Source: Octopus bimaculoides
Lineage: Eukaryota
Reading direction: 5' to 3'
DNA: 64,000 nucleotides
Assembly: GCF_001194135.2 (NCBI RefSeq)
Contig: NC_068981.1
Location: forward strand, 158,595,560-158,659,559
The notes under the pieces are model-generated. The model was not told where the DNA came from. It saw nothing but the letters and a program-made list of their open reading frames with translations, and made no database searches. Shown one piece after another: positions 1 to 15,200 of this stretch. Numbering within the stretch: position 1 is the first letter of the stretch; each line of letters begins with the position of its first letter. The translations under genes were made by a program, and so were the position numbers.

Positions 1-23
1 TCCGCTGTCTTCGTCCTGATAAG
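1..23 (+). CDS. DNAH3: Dynein HC exon end (..RCLRPDK), truncated by window start
   Basis: CGC TGT CTT CGT CCT GAT AAG then donor GTAGAC. Confidence 0.8.
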
Positions 24-3000
24 GTAGACATATTTCCTAAAACAAATATTTGGTGCTAATGGCCTTCAAGCTAAACCTTCCCCATTTTTTCATTTGCTTT
101 TTGTTTCACCTTTGTTCTATCATTATCTCTGTTTTTCCCTCTGTCACGGTATTACTTCTACAGGGTGTCCACAAAGTCTGGGTACATGGGGATTAGCACA
201 TACTTTAAGAAATTATCATTTCTTATATTTAATTGTTCATGTTATGATTTTATTTACTCCATATACCCAGACTTTGTGGACACCCTGTAGTTTGATTTTG
301 ATATCTTCACTATTCTATCATAACAATTCATTTAGCTTCACCTCTGTTACATCATTACCACTGTACCCCACACCTAACTTATCATTACCTCTAGTTCTCC
401 TCTATCATAAGCTTAGACTTGACTTGCCCTCATTACACCATTACCTCTTGTGTAAATTACTCCTTCATATCTGTAAACCGTATGGCAATCTTTCATATTT
501 TCAAGCTCTTTCACAGTGTTCTTTCATACCTTTGAGCTCTGCTATGTACCTGCCAGCCTATCATCACCATAATAACCACCATCATTGTTGCAACTACTAA
601 CATCACTGCTCACCCCATCATCATCACCACAACCATCATCCACACAACCATTATAACTATGTTTCTTATTCACCAGATGATCCCAGCGATACAAAATTTT
701 ATTCAACAGAGGATGGGTCAGGCTTACATTGAACCAACCACATTTGATCTGTCAGTCAGCTACGAAGAGTCCAGCCCACAGACCCCACTCATATTTATAC
801 TGTCCCCTGGAGTGGACCCTATGGCAGCACTCTTCAGATTTGCTGAAGACAAAGGTAGGTTTCTTTCTGTGTTAGTTATGTGAGTCAGTGATGTTTACCA
901 TCATCAGCAATAATGTTATTATTGTCGTTGTCACCATCGCAATCACCATCACCATTACCATCATCATTACCACCATCATCATTACCATCATCATCATTAC
1001 CTCTGGTAAAGAGATGCTGGATAGTTTATTATATCAGCCATGATATGAGCCACTGTCAGCAGTTGGAACCAATGAGGAGGCCTCTACATGGTTGCTTGAC
1101 CTGTTAAAGGAAGCAATCAAATATCAAAAATTTCCCACTGTTAGATATTGTATTGTATCTTGAAAAAAGACAGGATGGTCACAGTAGGAATGTTTGGTTA
1201 TAAAACTGAAATATCTTTGACTAATAATTCTAGATGTACCTGATAAAAGTGAAGGCACATGGCTCAGTGGTTAGAGCATTGAGCTTACGATCGTGAGGTT
1301 GTGAGTTCGAATCCCGGACCGGGCTGCATGTTGTGTTCTTGAGAAAGACACTTTATTTTCACGTTGCTCCAGTTTACTCAGCTGTAGAAATGAGTTGTGA
1401 CGTCACTGGTGCCAAGCTGTATCGGCCTTTGCCTTTCCCTTGGATAACATCAGTGGTGTGGAGAGGGGAGGCTGGCATGCATGGGCGACTGCTGGTCTTC
1501 CATAAACAACCTTGCCCGGACTTGTGCCTCGGAGGGTAACTTTCTAGGTGCAATCCCATAGTCAGTTATGACCGAAGTGGGTCTCAGCACCTGATAAAAA
1601 GATGGAGTGGTCAAGGCTGGAACACCTTTGATCATTGGTCTGCTCGATCAAGATAGAAATGGAGCTTAACAACAACCAGCTGATGTCTGCAATGAAGCAT
1701 ACAGATTTATGTCTTGGTATGTTGTAAATCCTTAGATTGATTTATATATTTTGATGGCAAATTTAATAATTTTCTTTTCTTTTGAATGTATAGGAAGAAG
1801 TAAAGGGCTCCAAGCCATCTCTCTTGGGCAAGGACAGGGACCAATTGCTGAACAAAGAATATTAGAGGTATGTAGAGATATTTTACCTTACATACTAACT
1901 GCAGTGTTAATACCGATCAAACTATAGCAGCTGCTAAACTTCATTCAGCTACTAAACTTTGATATTGGTCAATTAACTCACAGGTCATGAATTCAGATCC
2001 ACTGTAGGTTCTACATTGTAATTTCTATGGCTTTCAATGACCTATTTATGGTGGAATTCAATACCAAACTTCAAGAAATGTTACATGTGATACTAGGTCT
2101 TTGTTTTTGAGAAGATTTATCTCTCAAGCACTATCCCTTAAAAATTTAAGTTCATAAGATCTTTACATGTTACTTTTAAGTGGTGGCGGTGGTGGTGGTG
2201 GTGGCAGCGGCGGCGGCGGTGGTGGCTCAATCAAACCATAGTATAAGTATTTCAATATGCGCTTGATATAACCAAGATGCTGCTCCAAATGATGCATGGT
2301 TCCCCCTTATATTAGAGGCCTGCCATTGTTAGCCAGACCCCCAAAGGCTCTGTTTCCTGCCATTAGGTAGCCAATTATAGAAAATTAGAACTCAGAATGC
2401 AAAAAGCTGGAACAGATGCCACAAGATTTCCTATTATGTGATACTCCACCAATTCTCTGCAAAGTCAACAAGCTGGACTGCTACTTTAATCAGTCCTGAA
2501 ACAATGACAAAGATGATTCTGGCAGGATTTGAACTCAGATCTCAGATTGAAATAACAAATACCACAAAACATTTTATATGATACTCTAATGACTCTTCCA
2601 CTTCACTGCCCACTCTCAACACACATACACACTTGCATATACACATGCACACACCCACACACACATGTATACACGCACACATGCACGCGCACACACATAC
2701 ACATGTGCACGTGCGCGCACACATCTTTAATGATTCTAAATAACATTTATAATCCATAAATGTATGTGGATATAATCTGATAACTAATGTTCATTTCTTT
2801 GTTGTCAGGCTACAGAACAAGGTACCTGGGTTGTCTTGCAGAACTGTCACCTGGCTGTCTCCTGGTTTGGACACTTGGAAAACATCTGTGAAACAGTAAG
2901 ATCTTTTTTAATAATAAACCAATGTTCTTTATCACTTCCTCGTCTTCCCTTTCTCTTTCTCTTCTTCCATTTGTTTCATTCTCACATCCATGACTTTTCA

Positions 3001-4529
3001 AAACATGTTTTCATACTCAGAATTGCTGAAGCATTGAATAAATTACCCACTTCAGGACACTGCATCCTTCAGAAATTCCATGTTTCCCAAAATTCACCAA
3101 CACTACTCCTGAAGTGCTTATGCACTCTTTCCTGTTCATGGCTCTTTTACAGTTCACTTTTCATGGACAGGAGTTGGGGTTGTGTATTATTAAAAATGTG
3201 CATTCACCATCATTTAGCTATTATTGCTGTCTTTCTTAATTTAATTTATTGCTGCTTTATGTTACCCCTTTTACCCTTTTCTGTCAACTGATAGTGCACT
3301 TGAGCACAGTATACACGTTCATTATAATATCATTATCATAATCATCAACCTCATGGAATCCCTCTTAAGTAAGGTACCTATCTAGCAGGATTTTTAATTA
3401 GGTAAAGTATTGCAGAATTCAGTACTAATATTGACCAAGGTGGATAGGGTGTCTATGCTTCTAAGATGAGTAACTGGATTGGTTTCCTGTTATCTTCTTC
3501 GAGCCCATAAATGACTTGAACTCAGTACAGCAAAGTTCCAGTAGATATAATCCAACACTTGGTTTAACACCACCATCTAACATTTGGTTACTTTGAGCAG
3601 AAAGTTTTCAGACAATGTCTCTAGTCTGACTATAACTTGATGATAAGAATAAAAGACAACAAATCTGGAGAAAGAGAACAAATAAATGAGCCCCACTATT
3701 TGAGCCATATTTATTCCCATGAAGAAGCCTCTATGCAGAGGCTCAATCTGCTAGACTGACCAGAGCTCACTCAAATCATAGCCACACTATACACTATGAT
3801 ACACTACACAAACTCACAGACAGCATACTGCACTATACACTATAAATACATACAGACACCATATGCTAGAGCACACCACTAACCATAGTACACACACTTT
3901 CTACATTGCACAAACATTACATCACACATTCCACAAACACACTAATAAATACCATATGCATTACACTCCATGCATGCACGTAGGCTCACACCACACATGC
4001 ACACACATTATACTACACAGTTCATCATCACAGATCCACTATCCAGCAAATAAACTGTTTTGTTGTATGTATATAGGTCCTCCAAAACCCAGCACATACG
4101 AAAGAAAGCTTCAGACTCTGGCTGACAACATACCCATCATCACAGTTCCCTGTCTCTGTGCTACAGAACAGCATCAAAATCATCAATGAGCCACCAAAGG
4201 GTCTAAGAGCAAAACTGCTGCAGTCTTATTCAAGCAGTCCTGTAGCTGAACAGCAATTCTTTGAGTCTTGCAACAAACCACGGGTGAGTAAAGATTACAT
4301 TGTTCTTTTATCAATGTTGGGATCATCATCATCATTATTATTGATATGCAGATAATTGTGGACAATTTTCAAAGCAGTGTTAAGGTGGTGGGGGGTAGTA
4401 ATGCCTTTTTGGGATAAAATCTACAAGCATGGACTGGGTTATTTAAAGTAAAGTGTCTAGTGATAAAATACAAACTGAGTAGTCTTTTATTGATATCAAA
4501 TTTATAATCTATCAAATTTATAACCTATT

Positions 4530-4576
<47 letters not shown>

Positions 4577-5156
4577 ACCTTTCCTTTTGCCTCTAATTAA
4601 ATATAATGAAGAATTGTGTTTTCTTTGTTTGTGGATTTATTGCAGGTGTTTAAGAAACTTTTGTTTGGCCTCTGTTTCTTCCATGCCTTGGTACAAGAGC
4701 GACGCAAGTTTGGAGCCCTTGGCTGGAATATTCCATACCAGTTCAATGAATCTGATCTCAACGTTTCTATACAGCAGTTGCAGGTATTTGTATTTTACAT
4801 AAAAAGTTTAAAGAAAATACCTAGGGATGTCTGTTGCATAAAAAAACAAATGGTAAAATGACCCTAACATACTTGTAGAAACCAAGAAATTTCAATTGAT
4901 TAAAAATTCTCCATTTGTATGATCAACAAAAAAGCAAAACAATCTTAATGATTGGCAGCATTTTGTCCATCTTCACATTCTGAGTTCAAATTCTACCAGG
5001 GTTGACTTTGCCTTCCATCCTTTCAGGGTCGATAAATTAAGTACCAGTGAAACACTGAGGTTGATTTAATAGACTAGTTCCCTTCCCCAAAATTTCAGGT
5101 CTTGTGCTTTTAGTAGAAAGGATTGTTATTATTATTATCATTATTATTATTATTAT

Positions 5157-5201
<45 letters not shown>

Positions 5202-5205
5202 AAGT

Positions 5206-5246
<41 letters not shown>

Positions 5247-6159
5247 TAGTAACTCTAGTCACTATCATCTCTTTGTTATTCATTGATTGCAAACCATAAT
5301 GGTTTTATCATATTATGTAGATGTTGATCAATGACTATGAAGATCCCCCATTGGAAGCCCTGGTTTACCTGACAGGTGAGTGCAACTATGGTGGTCGAGT
5401 GACCGACAACAGTGACCGACGCCTTATTATGAGTCTACTCAAGAAGTTCTACTGCCATGACATTATTGTGAATGATGACTATAAATTCTCCGAGAGTGGC
5501 TTATATTATGCTCCACCCTGTGGCAGTTTGGACTGTTACCTGGAATACATCCGTGGGCTGCCTTATATACCACATCCTGAGGTAAGTCTGGATATGTTAA
5601 CACAGTTCAGTGATAGGGATCAGAGTATGGTGTTGATTTTGTGTTGGTGTGGAATGAAGAGTGGCTGGAAGACATACATACATACATACATACATACATA
5701 CATGCATGCATCAAGTGTTGACACAAGGGAAACTCCTCCTTTCTGTCTCACTTCAACTAGAGACTTCTTGACTAAAGAAATAAGTTCTCTAACATTATAC
5801 AGAGCATCCTTGATAGGGCCCCTTCTTACTCATCAAGAATTTTCAATTGTCAGATCTGCCTTCATAAGAAACTGCATATACTGCAACAGCTGTAGCCATC
5901 AATAGGAAATCTGATCTACTCTACTATTATCACCAAAGATACACCCTGTTAATGAACTTCAAATCATTAGCTACAGACAACCCAAAAAGTCCACTTTAGC
6001 TTCAGCTGACCCATACACAACTGCAAATATGCAATTCCTGTTTGCCCTTAGTGAGATTATTTCCCTTCACTAACATCATGGCCTACTATCACTCAGCTAA
6101 AATCATACAGTGCAGCAATGTTCCATATGAAAACTGATAAACAATCCAACACCACCAGA

Positions 6160-6246
<87 letters not shown>

Positions 6247-9200
6247 ACACATATATGCATATTTATGCATGTATCGTCTAATTTTATGTTTACTTGTACA
6301 TACCTTATATCTTACTGCCACCACAATTCTTCAATTCTTTTATCAGGTATTTGGTCTACATGAAAATGCTGACATTTCTAAAGACCAGCAAGAAACACAG
6401 CAACTATTTGAGGGTGTTCTCATGACTCTTCCTAAACAGGTAACATTTTATCTTTAGAATTTTAAGAAACTATTTTGACAGTAATGATGTCATTGAAACC
6501 CAGTGGTTATGAGGGTAAGGTTCTGAACAACTATCAAAAGTGCATAAGTTCAATCTGATTACAGTCGTTATGTTTTACCCCTTGGGCAATTTACAGAGCA
6601 CTGTTTGACTGAGTTTGCCTAACTACAGTGGGATGATATTGAGGGAAGGTTGTATAAGTAGAAAGAAACTGCTCAAAAATACACTATCATACTCATACTA
6701 ACACAGAATCAATATACCATACCTGTATGTAGTATTTATAAATGTATCTTAGCTGTAATTAACTTGCAACAACTATAATGTCATTCCCATGAGCAAGGAG
6801 CATACATTTATATAACCAAGTTTGTTTTGGTAACATGTTTCATGTTATGTATTACTTCATTGTTGAGTAGCTTGCTGAAGTGCTATTATCATCCAACATA
6901 TCTAATAATAATCTCCAGATCTTATAGTATCCTCTAATCCATACCATACTGAGAATATAAGATGTAAAATATTAACAACATCCTCCAATCCATGCTACAC
7001 TGGAAACATTGGATGTAAAATAGAATCACAAAGGTGCAAGGTCACAAATTATGAATGTGTGAAATACGGTTGCTTTTCTACAACCATGTATCTTCTGAAT
7101 TTCTATATATTGTTCATGTTGTCATTTTTATAAATACATTTATCGTATATCTACTTCATCATACTACCACCACTCCAACCATAATCATCATTATCATCAT
7201 CTTCATCATCATCATCATCATCGTTTAACGTCCGCTTTCCATGCTAGCACGGATTGGATGATTTGATTGAGGACTGGTGAACCAGATGGCTACACCAGGC
7301 TCCAATCTGATTTGGCAGAGTTTCTACAGCTGGATGCCCTTCCTAACGCCAACCACTCCAAGAGTGTAGTGGGTGCTTTTACTTGCCACCGGCACGAAGG
7401 CCAGTCAGGCGGTACTGGCAACGGCCACACTCAAAATGGTGTATTTTACGTGCCACCTGCACAGGGCCAGTGCAGCGGCACTGGCAACGATCTCGCTTGA
7501 ATGTCTTTACACGTGCCATCCGGCACGTGTAATGAAGGAGACGACGTTGGCATGGGTGCCAGTCGTTGGATTTAGTTCGATTACGATTTCACTTGCCTCA
7601 ACAGGTCTTCGCAAGCAGAGTTTAGTGGTCTTCGCAAGCAGAGTTTAGTGGTCTTTGCAAGCAGAGTTTAGTGGTCTTCGCAAGCAGAGTTTAGTGGTCT
7701 TCGCAAGCAGAGTTTAGTGGTCTTCGCAAGCAGAGTTCAGTGGTCTTCGCACATCATTATTTTTATTTTTCATGCTGGCACAGGTTGGATGAACAAGGTC
7801 AATTCTTATTCAGAATGACTGTCCTGATTCATATGTTTGTGCACAAGTACATAATTTTTTTTCATGTGCATATGTGGAAGTATGTATTCATATGTGTTGT
7901 TTATGCTTTGTCTAGGAGTACGTATATTTGTTTCATGGACAAGTAACTCTGAGTGTTTGCTTACAGGTGTGTGCACATGTGTGAGCCTTAATATTTAGAT
8001 CTTTAAAGCTATCTTCATGCCTACAGATCTTCTCCACCACAGCATCTCACCACTTGTCACAGCCCATTGTCATCTTCTTCATGAAGTTCATCCTTTCAAG
8101 ATCAGCATTCACCACACCTTTCCATGTCTTATTTAGTCTCCTTTTTCTACTAATTCATTCTGTTTGTTCTTTTAATCAATTATCATCCATCATATGCTTT
8201 ATATATCCACACCAGCTCTCTCTCTCTCCCCTCTTTCTCTCCCTTTTTCTCGTGTACACTGCTTCTTGTACACCTATGCCCAGTTTTTCTCTCACTTCAT
8301 TTGTTCTCCATTATTCAACCCACTAAAATTATACATCTGGCATCACATGTTCACCTCATTTCTTTTCTTACATTTACAAATCTTGCACATTCAATACAGT
8401 ATATCTCTTTACCATTTAGCACCATGCTTCACACAGAGGCATCATATTGTCTGCCCTTTACTCTGAAATGGAACCCAGCAGAAGTTATAGCTCTTGAACT
8501 GTTTCTATCCTGCTCTTATTCTGTCTGCTATGCTTTCAAGTCAACTACCTCCATAGCTAAGATGGTCGCCTAGGTAATAGAAGCTATCAATTATTTCTAG
8601 ATAGTCTTCCTGCCATTTGAATGAATTTATTTCACTGAAATGTTTAATAATAACTATATCTGTGCCTCTGATGCAAACAAAGTCTATTTTCTTGATCAGC
8701 CTACTTGTGATAACACTACACTTCATTGTTCACACAGGGTGTACCACAAGGAATTCTCACAACTTTTCTGTATACTGAGCATGGATATATCTCATATTCT
8801 TAGCTTTAAAAATTATTACAGAGCTTTAGATAATCAATACTTTCCTTTGTCATTAAAACAGTGGTAGTATAGTGCAGTGCAAAGTAAACTTGATATAATG
8901 TCTAGAATGTTTCTTATATTTTTAATACTTAGTGAATATAAAGCTTCAAGACTCACAAAAATTGATCAATCCTTGTAAACTTCATTGGTAACAATAATAA
9001 TCATTGAGTTATATAGTAACCTTGTTTTGTATATGTGGTTTCTAATTTTCAGTCTCTCTTTGCAACAGACATTGGGTGCTGGGAAGTCATCTCAAGATAT
9101 CATCGAAGACTTGGCCAGTGATATCCTCTCCAAAATGCCAGCTGCATTTGAAGTTGAAGAAATTCAGGTATGGTACATTTCTTTCCAAAAAATGTGAAAC

Positions 9201-12200
9201 TAGTACAATATATTTGTTACAACAAATATATGAAGTGCTTTCATGCAGATGGGATTTTAGTTTCCCCTGTTATTTTAGCCAACCAGAAATTTTAACTTTG
9301 AAAACTGATAACAGTTTGGAAGTCATTGGGTGGCAGGGCTAGTTTAGAATAAAAGCATGTGATTATTTTATTTTAGATTCATTGTCATCACATGTCATTT
9401 TAACCAATTAAACATTTTATTAAATCAGAAATTTTAACCAATGAGAAACTGTCGTTTGTGAAGCTTAGTTTTAACTGTTTTGAGTAAGCAAAAATTTGGA
9501 CTAAAGGTCCTCACTTGTCACATTTGCTCAACACCAAACAAGCCTGTCTCTCTCTTCTAATGATTTTCATTCTGATAACAACCATGCATAAGCTGTTACT
9601 TTATAATCTCATTCCATTCTCTCTTTCCTGGCTAGACATTAGCTTTGGTCTAACCTTAACAGAATAATTTCTACCAGTTTAAATACATATACACTTATCT
9701 GACTTTCCTTTTTATCACAAGCCATTTATTTGCTGGCACATGTTTAACACTGTAGCACAAATTATTCCACTGAAATAAAAAGATGAAAGTATCTATGTTC
9801 ATTTTTCTAAATAACATTTCTACAACATAAATTATCTAATGGACTTATCAATGTACATTCTCACAAATGCATGTTTATAAATTTTGTTGTGCAAAGTATT
9901 TATTTTCCAATGTAATATTTTCAGTAATATACCCTATGTATGAATCTTCTCATATTTTAAGCTGTATTCACAAAACATGTGCAGTTTAATCTTTATTGCA
10001 TTATTTGACCATGAAAATCAGTTGTTGATATTTAGGAAATAAAAGGAAGATTTATATATAATTCATTTTACTTGTTGCTTCTATTAACATTCTTTTAACT
10101 TCCTCCATCATGTGATCTGGCAGTTTTGGTACCCGTGCCAGACGGTTCTTGCCTGCTGTGTGTAATCTTTGCACTATGCATCTATATGAGAGAATCTCTT
10201 AAGGTGAATACTGCAGTATTCAGCATTCTAATAATACATTCATATTGAGTAAGATATGAAGATTGCCAATCAATGATAATAATAATGATGATAATGATAA
10301 TAATTATCACTACAATTTATTTATTCCAATCAAATATATTCAATACACAACCATAAAAACAACTGTCCTCTGTTTATCTCTTCAGAAGAAATATGCAGTC
10401 AGTTATCATGAATCAATGAATACAGTACTGGTACAAGAGTTGTTACGCTTTAACAGATTACTAAAAGTGATCATATGGAGTCTGGAGGAGATTCAGAAAG
10501 CTATCTATGGCTTAGTAGTGATGTCAGCCAAATTGGAGAGGATTGTTAACAGTATGATTGTCGGCAAGGTAGGCATTTTCTTTAATTTCTCTCACCTTCA
10601 TCATCATCATCGTTTAACGTCCGCTTTCCATGCTAGCATGGGTTGGACGATTTGACTGAGAACTGGTGAACTAGATGGCTACACCAGGCTCCAATCTGAT
10701 TTGGCAGAGTTTCTACAGCTGGATGCCCTTCCTAATGCCAACCACTCCGAGAGTGTAGTGGGTGCTTTTACGTGCCACTGGCACGAAGGTCAGTCAGGAG
10801 GTACTGGCAACGGCCACGCTCAAAATGGTGTATTTTACATTCCACCTCTCTGACAAAATATTCTTTTCTTATTTTGGCACAACACCAGCAATTTTTAAGA
10901 GTGAGGAAGTCAGTTACATCAACCCCAATACTTAACTGATACTTATTTCATTGACCCCCAAAAGGATGAAAGATAAAGGTGACCTCAGAACAGAGACAGG
11001 TGAAATGCTGCTAAGCATTTTGTCCAGCATGCTAATGATTCTGTCAACTTTCTGTCTTTCTCTCTGACAAAATATTGATATACAATATCAAATGTAAGCC
11101 ATATAAATGTTGTATGACATGTCAAAATTAAATAACAGTCATCATCATCATTTAACATTTGTTTTCCATGAGGGCATGGGTCGGATGGTTTGATAGCTTC
11201 ACAAACGACATCAGAGAGTTGCCCAGGCTGCAGCTGTCTATTTTGGCTTGCTTTCTACAGCTAGTTGCCATTCCTAATACCAACCACTAGGTACTTTTAA
11301 TGTGGCATTGGCATGGGTGTTTTACATGTAGTACCTGCATGGGTACTTTATATGTGACACTGGCACTGGTGCTTTCTACATGGTAGTGACATGGATGCTT
11401 TTCATACAGCATCATCATGAGTGCTGTTAATGTAGCACTGACATAGGTATTGTTAATGCAACATTAGCACAGGTGTTATTCATATGGCACTGGCATGAAT
11501 GTTTTTTACATGGCACAAGCACTATCAAATGTCAAATAAATGATATAATAATCTTTAATCTAATATTAAGAATATTACATTAATTCAGCAATTACATCAT
11601 GGGAAAAACATTTTACCTAACTAAAAATACACAAAACCTGTTAAATTATTTCTTAAGGTGTTAACTGACACAATTCCATTGTGGAACTGTGTCAGTAACA
11701 ATAGAACAGCAAAACTTTTAATCCTTCAAGAAATAACAGGAAAATTAATCTAGCAGTTTTTGAGTGCTAAAATGGTACTTCCCAGGGTTGTTGCATGACT
11801 TTTAGAGGCCCCCTGCAACTTTTTGTTTCGAGGCCCCATCTCTTCAATCAAAATTCAAAAGAAGCTTCAATTTTATTTAGCCAGAACTAAATATGAATAA
11901 ATGGTGTATTAATTGTTTAATGGTATATTTAATTGTTAACTGATATTAAATGTATGATGTGTTAATACTTTATATTAAATAGTAAACGTATGTATTACTT
12001 ATCTAATACTAAACGATATTTTATATATTAATGTTCTTTTATTCATTTTCCTACAATGTTTAGGTTCCAGCAGTGTGGGCAGAAAAATCTTACCCTTCTT
12101 TGAAGCCTCTGGGGAGTTATGTTTCAGACCTTCTTGCACGAATACAATTCTTCAATGTATGTGTTTGGAATTTTTTTGTATTTAGTTCTGTATGAGATAG

Positions 12201-15200
12201 ATAGAAAGAAGGAGAGGAAAGAATAAAATACACAAGAGAGATCGAGAGACATGTAGATAAGCTGTGAAAGTATGTGGGAATATTTTGGAATGGAAAGTGA
12301 AAAAATTAGAGTATAAGAGTGGAGGAGCAAGGCAGAAAAAAGAACAAAAATGAGAGAAATGTTGAGGTAGAGAGAAAAAAATATTATAGACTGAGAAACA
12401 GAAGAGATAGCCACAGTTACAGGAGATAGGTGATAGGACAGTGAATTAACTTCTGGAGTACTAATTATTCTAAACTTACTGCATACTCACATCAAACTAG
12501 TTCTGTGTGTGTGTTTGTATATATGTGCAAACATATGCTTATGTATCTCTGTGTTTGTTTGCTTTTGCATTGGCTTCTATGAAAGTTGGATCTACAAATG
12601 CTGATGTCACTTCTCTTATCAACAAATTATTTTCTCACTTCACTCCTTCAAAGATGTATAGAATAACAGATCCTTCATTTGAAAAACAAGTGAGGGTTAG
12701 TAAGAGGAAGGCATCCAGCAGTAAAACAAAGCTTTAATAACATATTTATCTAACCCAAAACAGATGTAAAGCTGCATGAATGAATAACTGTATATGTATA
12801 TTGTTTGTAGCAACTTATAAACAGTTAAATTAAATATCCTAACTATTTTCTACTGTTTGGCTGGTGTCTTTTCTAATGAATTTATTTTTGCAATGTTTCA
12901 CTCTTTAAGCATTGGATATCTGAAGGTCAACCAACAGTCTTCTGGATATCTGGTTTTTATTTCACTCAGTCTTTCCTGATGGGAGTCATGCAAAACTATG
13001 CTCGGTCTCATAAAATCCCCATTGATCACCTGACACTCAGCTTCAGGATCATGAAACAAGAACATGAAATGCCCAGTAAACCAGTAAGTTACAAATTTTA
13101 ATTTCTGAGATGAGTTACTGTGACAAGAGTTAACATTCAGATCTATAAAAACCAATCTCATATGTGCATAACCTCTACACTGGGATGCTTTTCCTAATGC
13201 CAACCATTTAACAGTGTGTACTGGGTGTTATTTACATGAGCAGGGTATATTAGAGGAACATATATATCATCATTTCCATCATCATTTAATGTACATCTTC
13301 CATGCTGGCATGGGGCAGACAGTTTCAGGAGCTGGCAAGCCAGAGGACTGCACCAAGCTCCACTGTCTGTTTTGGCATGGTTTTTACAGCTGGATGCCAT
13401 TCCTAATGTCAGCCACTTCAGAAAGTGGACTGGGTGCTTTTTATGTAGCATGCTCACATTTTTATATTTCTGATAATCAGCTATATTTAAAATCATTAAT
13501 CAAGTTGTTTTGTTTCTATATTGCGTTTTAGTGTTTGATTAGGAGACTGTTGTTAATGTTCTAGTTGTTGTTCTTTATTAGCCCCAAATTAGCCCTGGTG
13601 AAGCAGATATATGGTCAAATGCACTTCACCCATGACATCCCATCCTTTTGTTTAGCTAGGACTACATTCTCTAAAGTCTTTTTTTTTAAAGAAAAATTAA
13701 CTGCAATTTCTAGTAATTCAAATAACTGCATACAATCACTTTCAAATTCTAGTTATTACTGATATTGTTAAATTCTAGTTATTTCTGTTGATGAAGTTTA
13801 TCTCCAGGTTCAGTAGACTGAATTAAATAATCAAAGTTGTTCCAACCTTAACCATCCCATCTTTTTCTCTAGCAAGGAACTCTCCCTGCTTTGTAATCAC
13901 AAGAAATTTGGCTGCTATTTCAAATGGGTCAATGTGTAATGGTTTCTTCTTTGCCCTTGTTACTGGATATTTGTTTAGTAACCTCAATAAGTTCCAACTG
14001 AACATTGTTTCAGATAAATAACCAATCAAATGTCTTGTTTAGCTGACTTGAGTATGAGCGTAGTCTCATCCAAAGATTCTTCTAATTTATATATATATAT
14101 AAGGTTAAAGACCCCTTTCAGTCATGAATGACCATGGAATTGCATCTAGGAAGTTCCCCTCAGAGGCACAAGTCCAGGCACAATTGGTTATGGAAGACCA
14201 GTAGTTGCCTGTGCATACCAGCTTCTCTCCCCTCTCCATGCCACTGATGTTACCCAAGGAAAAAAAGCAAAGGCCTATACAACTTGGCACCAGTGACATC
14301 GCAACTCATTTTTACAACTGAGTATACTGAAGCAATGTAAAAATAAAGTGTCTTGCTCAAGAACACAACACATAGCCCAGTCCATAAATCAAACTCACTA
14401 ACCCATGATTGTGAGTCTGACATGCTAACCACTGAGAACTTGTACATCTCCTATTTAATTTAATTCAAATACCATCTTAAATATTGATGTTATGTTTTAC
14501 AATGCACTGCACTAAGCACCATTTTCCTTTAAAAAATACTGTCCTCATACTTAATTTCAGATAACAGGGGCTTACATCAATGGTTTGTTCTTAGAAGGAG
14601 CATGTTGGTGTCGACAGGCTGGAATCCTTTCAGAAGCACTACCAAAAGTTCTTTATGATTTGATGCCAATTGTATCCTTCAAATTTTAATAAGAGTTTAG
14701 GACCATAGAACTTTTTTTTTTTTGCATGGTTTTATATATACATTTTAACTGTGGTATGAGTAAGCTTTCAAATTTAAACATTTGGATATTGATGAGCAAG
14801 TGATGTCATTGCTACCATTATGCAATCAAAAAAATAGAAGTCAAACCTATTATCAGCAAACTGACTGAGGGAAGTGGAATCATGTGCTTGGTTTTAAGAA
14901 ACACTATAAAAGGTTCCCACCACATTGATAGAATATATCAAACTCACAGAAGGATGTAAAACAAAAAGATCAACCAAGACAAGATTTTGACCACTGAAAC
15001 TTAAGGCGAGACAAAATAGATTACTATTAATTGCATCAATATCATCTATTCTACATTTTAAGCAGTTATTACAGCATTGAATATTCTTTTCTACTCTAGG
15101 CACAAGGCCTGAAATTTGGGGGGAGGGGGCCAGTTGATTAGATCGACCCAGTATGCAACTGGTACTTAATTTATTGACTCTGAAAGGATGAAAGGCAAAG

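Noticed and set aside
94-600. 168-aa ORF (also 59103-59555, 5104-5292, 2836-3291, 3863-4189)
   Set aside because: Products of low-complexity CT-, CAT- or triplet-rich intronic DNA, or read-through of short true exons.
1258-1325. Functional tRNA gene (also 17470-17620 and 60740-60798)
   Set aside because: A and B boxes are present but there is no complete cloverleaf; each continues into a repeat body with TSDs, so these are SINE heads.
7604-7751. CRISPR-like array
   Set aside because: Units are contiguous with no unique spacers, the context is eukaryotic, and there are no cas genes.
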